Positions 58,479 to 64,000 of a stretch of DNA of 64,000 nt are shown one piece after another. The stretch's first letter is position 1; every line of letters starts with the position of its first letter. The notes beneath the pieces were generated by a model, which was not told the origin of the DNA, searched no databases, and saw only the letters and a list, made by a program, of their open reading frames with translations. The position numbers were made by a program, and so were the translations under genes. Source of the DNA: Myxococcota bacterium (GTDB lineage Bacteria > Myxococcota_A > SURF-8); contig CAXXQS010000002.1 in NCBI GenBank assembly GCA_963674735.2, positions 576,001 through 640,000 of the forward strand, written 5' to 3'.

Positions 58479-60521
58479 TCAGGCATCCAGCGTTTCCCGC
58501 ACGCGGCGAGCGAGGTCTTGTGGGCGATACGGTTTTCCCAGAAAACTCAAGCCTTTGTCCAGCATTCCGCGCGAGGTAATCGTGTCTTCGGCATAACCGG
58601 AGGTATACAAAATTTTCAGCTCGCTCAGTTGCCGTTTCAGGTATTCGGCCAATTGACGCCCGTTCATTCCGGGCATGACCACGTCGGTGAGCAATAAATC
58701 GATCGGCGGCTTTTCTCGTTCGAACAACGCCATGGCCACCGTGCCGTTTTCGGCTTCAATGACCTGATAGCCGAGCTTTTTGAGAATTTTCACCGAGATA
58801 TTGCGCACCAGAACATCGTCTTCAGCCAGTAAAATGGTTTCGTTACCGCCGGGAAGATCGGCCTCATCCTTGACCGGTTTGGTTTCCACCTGTTTTTCCG
58901 ACGAGTCCGCCAGGGGGAAATACAGGTTGAAACAGGTGCCTTTACCCGGCTGCGAATCGACCTCGATGCTGCCGCCGTGCTGCTTGACGATCCCGTAGAC
59001 GGTGGAGAGCCCCAACCCCGTGCCCATCTCTTTCGGCTTGGTGGTGAAAAACGGCTCGAAAACACGATTCGCAACTTCGGGGTCCATCCCCGTTCCGGTA
59101 TCTTCTACCGATAAATGCAGATATTTTCCAATTGTTACGTAGGGGTGGTCCACTACATAGTCGGAATCGAGCGTGCAACGGTTGATTTCGAGGGTCAGGC
59201 TCCCGGCCGCCGGCATGGCGTCACGGGCGTTGATCGCCAGGTTGAGCAGGATCTGCTCGATCTGCCCCTTATCCGCTTTGATGAACGCATCGGGCGAAGC
59301 GGAGTGAATGATCAGCTTGATGTCCTCACGCATTACTCGCTGCAACATCTTGCGCAAATCCTCGATCAATCCCGTTAAATTCAACACCTTCGGGTCGATC
59401 ATCTGCTTACGGCTGAAGGTGAGCAGTTGACGGTTGAGCGCGGCAGCCCGCACGACGGCATGGCTGATTTCGTCGATACATTCGACGGCCGGATTTTCGG
59501 GATCCAAATCGATGCGGGCCAAAGCGGCGTTGCCTTCGATCCCGGTGAGCAGGTTGTTGAAGTCGTGCGCGACTCCTCCCGCCAGCCGACCCACCGCCTC
59601 CATTTTCTGGGACTGCAGAAGCTGTCCTTCCAGTCGTTCCTTATCACGCAACGTTTGAACGGCCTTGCAACGTTCCGTAATATCAACCATATTGGCCAAT
59701 CGAGCGGGTGCGCCGAAATAAAGGATGGTCGAGGTACGGACCTTGAGCCAGCGGTCGTCCCGCCGGATTTGCATGTCAAATTCAGGGGGCAACGAGTCGT
59801 TTCCGCTCTGAAGCAGATGATGGGCGAACAGTTTCTCGAAATTCTGTTTCGAGAAACCGGCGACTCCCAGGTCGAGCCAGTCGGCGGCCTGGGGATTATG
59901 GTAGACGATGCGCCCGTTCTGCTCGACCAGCACCCCGTTGGGCGAGCTACTGAGAATCGCCAGGTAGCTGTCTTTGGCGCATTCGAGCTTTCGTTGTTGC
60001 TCCATACTGTGCCACAAACCGATGATTTGACTGACGATAAGGTGGCCGACTTCGAGATCCTCGTTGGAAAAAGGCGGACGGATTTTGTTGTGCAGGGTCA
60101 ACACGCCCATCAGCGAACCATCCAGATTTTTGAGCGGATAGCCGAGAATCGAGCCGTTGCGATAGCCGGAATAGCCGGATCCGCCCACGGAACGGTTGTG
60201 TTGGATGTCCGAGATTATAATGGGTTTTCCATGACTGACGAGTCGGCCGATGATCGAATCGGGGCGCGCGGGTAAGGAAATTTCGTTGTGTTGGTGGCCG
60301 GGATCCAGGCTGTGCATCCAAATCAGACTATTTTCTTTGCGGCGGTACAAGCTGCCGCCGGTGACGCCCATGTGTTCGGCGAACAGACGCATCACCTGCG
60401 GAGCCAACTCCGCCTCGCTGCGGTATTCCACCAGTTTGAGGGTATTTTCACGGATACGCCGCAGGCGTTTAAGATCCGTACGAGATTCATCATTTGTGGG
60501 TTGATAGGCCTGGTTCATCAC
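58479..60521 (-). CDS. Hybrid sensor histidine kinase (GAF-PAS-HisKA-HATPase-REC)
   Basis: AHDFNNLL, NLAINARDAM, DTGTGM, FFTTK..GTGLGLS and LLTDVVMPGMNG motifs. Confidence 0.95.
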   Translation of the reverse strand: MMNQAYQPTNDESRTDLKRLRRIRENTLKLVEYRSEAELAPQVMRLFAEHMGVTGGSLYRRKENSLIWMHSLDPGHQHNEISLPARPDSIIGRLVSHGKPIIISDIQHNRSVGGSGYSGYRNGSILGYPLKNLDGSLMGVLTLHNKIRPPFSNEDLEVGHLIVSQIIGLWHSMEQQRKLECAKDSYLAILSSSPNGVLVEQNGRIVYHNPQAADWLDLGVAGFSKQNFEKLFAHHLLQSGNDSLPPEFDMQIRRDDRWLKVRTSTILYFGAPARLANMVDITERCKAVQTLRDKERLEGQLLQSQKMEAVGRLAGGVAHDFNNLLTGIEGNAALARIDLDPENPAVECIDEISHAVVRAAALNRQLLTFSRKQMIDPKVLNLTGLIEDLRKMLQRVMREDIKLIIHSASPDAFIKADKGQIEQILLNLAINARDAMPAAGSLTLEINRCTLDSDYVVDHPYVTIGKYLHLSVEDTGTGMDPEVANRVFEPFFTTKPKEMGTGLGLSTVYGIVKQHGGSIEVDSQPGKGTCFNLYFPLADSSEKQVETKPVKDEADLPGGNETILLAEDDVLVRNISVKILKKLGYQVIEAENGTVAMALFEREKPPIDLLLTDVVMPGMNGRQLAEYLKRQLSELKILYTSGYAEDTITSRGMLDKGLSFLGKPYRPQDLARRVRETLDA

Positions 60522-60824
60522 ATCCGATCTCCGAAGTACAACCTGAATTCAGCAAGAACGACCTGCGCAGCCTAAGGTTTGCCACCCTATCTGAGCTCTA
60601 TCTGTGTAGTTACGACAATCGCGTGTTCAAAGCACGAAAACCCCTATCCGGCACAACAACCGATTTCAAGCACTCCTCCGTCCCATAAGCTTCCCTTTGT
60701 ATAGTTCGGTTAGCCTACCTTAAAGTTTGGTGTTTTCCCGATTTTTTAATAATAAAAAGCAGATTTGTCATTTTTTACAGGCAAGTAAAAGAAACCGCAA
60801 TTCATTTACCTTTACATTCCCCTA

Positions 60825-60857
60825 AAAAAAGCCGGCGCTCCCCGTCGGGAACGCCGG
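60825..60857 (-). terminator. Intrinsic terminator after the Kazal-repeat gene
   Basis: Minus strand CCGGCGTTCCC/GGGAGCGCCGG hairpin followed by a T run. Confidence 0.75.
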
Positions 60858-60888
60858 ATAGCCGAGCTTTCAGATAGGTTGGCAAACC

Positions 60889-63800
60889 TTAAGGCTCGCA
60901 AGCTCCGACGTAATCCACTTTCTGCGCCGCCATGGCCGCATAGCAAGGGCTTTGGTAGGTTTCACCGTCACAGCCACAGACCGGGTTGCGCTCCAACGGA
61001 TTACAGGAACTGGGGGCCTGAATGCATGCGCCCGGGAATTGGTTACAGGCCTCGGGCATGCAGTAATAACCGCGTGGGCAGAACGCGCCCCCGAAGCACT
61101 CGTTATCGATGCATTCCCCAGTATAATCCACGGATACCCCGGCCTGGGCGGCCAGGCAAGGATTGGAGTAGGTTGAGCCGTTGCAGCCGCAAACGGGATC
61201 CCACAGGTAGGTGCAGCCCGTCGGAAACGGCTCGCAAACCCCCTCGATATCCCAGCATTCCGCGTAATCGCAGTAACTGCCGCTCGGACAACGCGTATCG
61301 GCACCGCAGGCGATCGGGTTGCAGGGGCCCTCCCGATCCACCGAGACGCCCGCCATGGCGGCGAAGCAGTCGTTCTCGTAGGTTTCGTCATTACAGCCGC
61401 AAACCGGATCGTAAATATCCGGGCAAGCCGTGGGACGCGTTTCGCAAGCGCCGGTTTCCTGGGCGCAGTCGTCGAACAGGCAATACTGATCGCGGTAGCA
61501 ATCGTAGTTGGAGAAGCAGCTGATACTTTCACATTCCCCCGCGTAATCCACCGACATGCCGTAGTAAGCGGCGTAACAGGCGTTGGCGTAAGTTTGGCCG
61601 TCGCAGCCGCAGACCGGGTCGTAGATGTCCAGACAGCGGGTCGGCCGCTCCACGCACTCGCCCATTTCCAACCCGCAGTTGGAATAATGGCAATACTCGC
61701 TATCGGCGCACATGTCGTTATCCCAGCAATAGGGCGGCTGGCATTCGCCCTCGTAATCCACCGAGACCCCGTAATACGCCGCCGTACAGGCATTCATGTA
61801 GGTTTGCCCATCGCAGCCGCAAACCGGATCCCAAATCAGCGGGCAGAGGGTCGGCCGCTCGCGGCAAACGCCCGTCTCGGCATCGCAGTCATCGAGCAGG
61901 CAGTAATCCTCATTGCCGCAGTCGGTATTGTCAAAGCAGGACGTCGGCACGCATTCCCCGGCATAATCCACCGATGTCCCCGCCATGGCGGCGTCGCAGT
62001 CGTTGGCGTAGGTTTCCCCGTCGCAGCCGCAAACCGGATCCCAGACGTCCGGGCAAGCGCTCGGACGCGGGTTGCACAGTCCGTGGGCAGCGCAGTCGCC
62101 GACCGGTTTGGCACAATAAGACTCCACGCCGCAGTCACCGCTGTCACGGCAGGGGGTGGGGCATTCGCCCTCGAAGTCCACCGATTCCCCCGCCATGGCG
62201 GCATAACAGGCGTTGGCATAGGTTTCGCCGTCGCAGCCACAAACCGGATCCCACAGGTGCGAGCACTCGGTGGGGCGTTCTTCGCACACACCGCTTTCCG
62301 CCGCGCAGCCATCAAAGCGGCAGTATTCACCCGAGCCGCAATCGCCGTTGCCGTGGCACACGACCGACTGGCATTGCCCGGCGACATCCACCGACACACC
62401 CCCCTCTTTGGCGGCGTAGCAGAAGTTGCTGTAAGTCACACCATCACAGCCGCAAACCGGATCCCATACATCCGGGCAGTTGCTCGGACGTTCGCTGCAC
62501 ACGCCTTCGCTATGGCAGGCCCCGTCATCCTGATCGCAGTAGTCGGAGGCCGCGCAATCTTCCGGACCATCGCAGGGAGTGGGACACGCGCCGTCGTAGG
62601 CCACCGACACACCCGCCGCCGCCGCGAAACAGGCATTGGCATAGGTGTTTCCATCGCAGCCGCACACGGGATCCCATACGTCGGGACAAGCGGAGGGACG
62701 ATCGCGGCATTCCCCGGTTTCCTGGGCGCAGTCGTCGAGATAGCAGTACTCGCCCTCGGCGCAATCGCCGTTGCCGAAGCAGGCAGGCGGCGCGCATGCC
62801 CCGCCGTAATCCACCGTCACGCCCCCCTCTTTGGCGGCATAGCAGGAATTGCTGTAGGTCACACCATCACAACCGCAAACCGGATCCCACACATCCGGAC
62901 AGATCGTGGGCCGCGTTGTGCAGCTTCCCTGCTCATCATCGCAATCGTCGAACAGGCAGTAATCCGCCGCGTCGCACTGCTCGTTACTCAAGCAGCCGTC
63001 ATCCGGACAAACACCGGGAGCGAAAACATTGACCCCGGCAACGGCGGCCACACAGTCATTGGCGTAGGTGATTCCGTCACAACCGCAGACCGGATCGTAC
63101 AACGGCATACAGATTTCGGGTCGGGCGGCGCAGATGCCCTGACCGCTGCAATCGCCTGTATCCTTGCGGCAATACTCTTCCGCCGCGCATTCGTCATTGA
63201 CGCTGCAGCTTTGCGGGCAGGGCCCGTCGAAGTCCACCGACTGCCCGGCCATGGCGGCGAAACAGGCATTGGTATAGGTTTCGCCATCGCAGCCGCAAAC
63301 CGGATCGAGGAGATCCGGACAATCTCCGGGGCGTTCGACGCACAGACCGGTTTCGAGTGCGCATTCCTCGAAATAGCAATACCAGCCCTGCTCGCAATCG
63401 CCATTGCCGAAACAGGTGTCGGGCAGGCAGGCACCCTTGTAATCCACGTTGACACCGGACAAGGCGGCTAAGCAGGCGTTGTCGTAGGTTTCGCCGTCGC
63501 AGCCGCAGACCGGGTCGAAGAGGTTGCTGCATTGATCGGGACGCGGCGTGCAGGTACCGTCTTCGTCGTCGCAATCGCTGAGATAGCAGTAATCCGTTTG
63601 AGCGCAGTCGGCATTGCTCTTGCAGCTCAGGTCGCCTTCCTCCCAATCGCCGTCGGTTACGCAGGCCGGTTGGGAAAGGACCACGGCACAGCCGGGACAG
63701 GTCACGGAAATAGTCTGATCGTCGTTTACCGTGGCGCTGCAGATGCCCAGCACGTCCAGGTCTTCGAAGTCGCAGCCGGTGAAGGAAAAGTCGTAGTCGT

Positions 63801-64000
63801 CCGCCCCGGTGGCGCTGGCGGTTGCGGTGAAATCGCAGTGGACGTCCGGCTCGCCGCTGATCCACAGAGATTCGGGGTGGAAAGCGGGACAGTATTCGCC
63901 CGCCATGGCGGCGATGCAATAATCTCCCGGCAACCAGCCGCATTCGGGACAGGGCGCGCTTGCGTCGCCATCGGTTGCGTCACCGTCGCTTTCGTCGCCA
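60889..64000 (-). CDS. Cys-rich protein with 13 tandem Kazal-like modules (5' end outside window)
   Basis: 13 copies of PVCGC(D/N)..TY...C within about 70-aa, 10-Cys units; frame stays open to the edge (GDESDGDATDGDASAPCPECGW). Confidence 0.9.
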   Translation of the reverse strand, partial: GDESDGDATDGDASAPCPECGWLPGDYCIAAMAGEYCPAFHPESLWISGEPDVHCDFTATASATGADDYDFSFTGCDFEDLDVLGICSATVNDDQTISVTCPGCAVVLSQPACVTDGDWEEGDLSCKSNADCAQTDYCYLSDCDDEDGTCTPRPDQCSNLFDPVCGCDGETYDNACLAALSGVNVDYKGACLPDTCFGNGDCEQGWYCYFEECALETGLCVERPGDCPDLLDPVCGCDGETYTNACFAAMAGQSVDFDGPCPQSCSVNDECAAEEYCRKDTGDCSGQGICAARPEICMPLYDPVCGCDGITYANDCVAAVAGVNVFAPGVCPDDGCLSNEQCDAADYCLFDDCDDEQGSCTTRPTICPDVWDPVCGCDGVTYSNSCYAAKEGGVTVDYGGACAPPACFGNGDCAEGEYCYLDDCAQETGECRDRPSACPDVWDPVCGCDGNTYANACFAAAAGVSVAYDGACPTPCDGPEDCAASDYCDQDDGACHSEGVCSERPSNCPDVWDPVCGCDGVTYSNFCYAAKEGGVSVDVAGQCQSVVCHGNGDCGSGEYCRFDGCAAESGVCEERPTECSHLWDPVCGCDGETYANACYAAMAGESVDFEGECPTPCRDSGDCGVESYCAKPVGDCAAHGLCNPRPSACPDVWDPVCGCDGETYANDCDAAMAGTSVDYAGECVPTSCFDNTDCGNEDYCLLDDCDAETGVCRERPTLCPLIWDPVCGCDGQTYMNACTAAYYGVSVDYEGECQPPYCWDNDMCADSEYCHYSNCGLEMGECVERPTRCLDIYDPVCGCDGQTYANACYAAYYGMSVDYAGECESISCFSNYDCYRDQYCLFDDCAQETGACETRPTACPDIYDPVCGCNDETYENDCFAAMAGVSVDREGPCNPIACGADTRCPSGSYCDYAECWDIEGVCEPFPTGCTYLWDPVCGCNGSTYSNPCLAAQAGVSVDYTGECIDNECFGGAFCPRGYYCMPEACNQFPGACIQAPSSCNPLERNPVCGCDGETYQSPCYAAMAAQKVDYVGACEP

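Overview
GC-rich (about 60% by eye) bacterial chromosome segment. Gene content (MshEN/DUF4388 fusion, a MYXO-CTERM-like tail, Cys-rich secreted proteins, long-form HflX) suggests a Myxococcota/deltaproteobacterial-type organism; this is inference. Housekeeping genes: ffh-rpsP-khpA-rimM-trmD-rplS-rnhB, rpsU, tRNA-Met(CAT), ABC-F, nadA, dapF, recJ, purM, panE, hflX, bcp. Accessory content: an ArsA/Get3-like ATPase pair linked to a TPR lipoprotein and two SGNH paralogs; two degenerate c-di-GMP proteins; a photolyase/DUF523-DUF1722 operon; three apparently paralogous GT-C-like membrane proteins; four large secreted proteins sharing acidic DGD linkers (Ig/PKD/YfaP lipoprotein, GH9, S8 protease, 13-repeat Kazal protein). 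No CRISPR array, transposase or integrase was seen. Best leads: the P1-Asp Kazal array near a subtilase, the DGD-linker secretome, an apparent ATC start for hflX, two densely structured intergenic RNA candidates (26702-26861, 57057-57190) and a LysR box between nadA and a LysR gene. All family calls come from motif recognition by eye; no searches were run.
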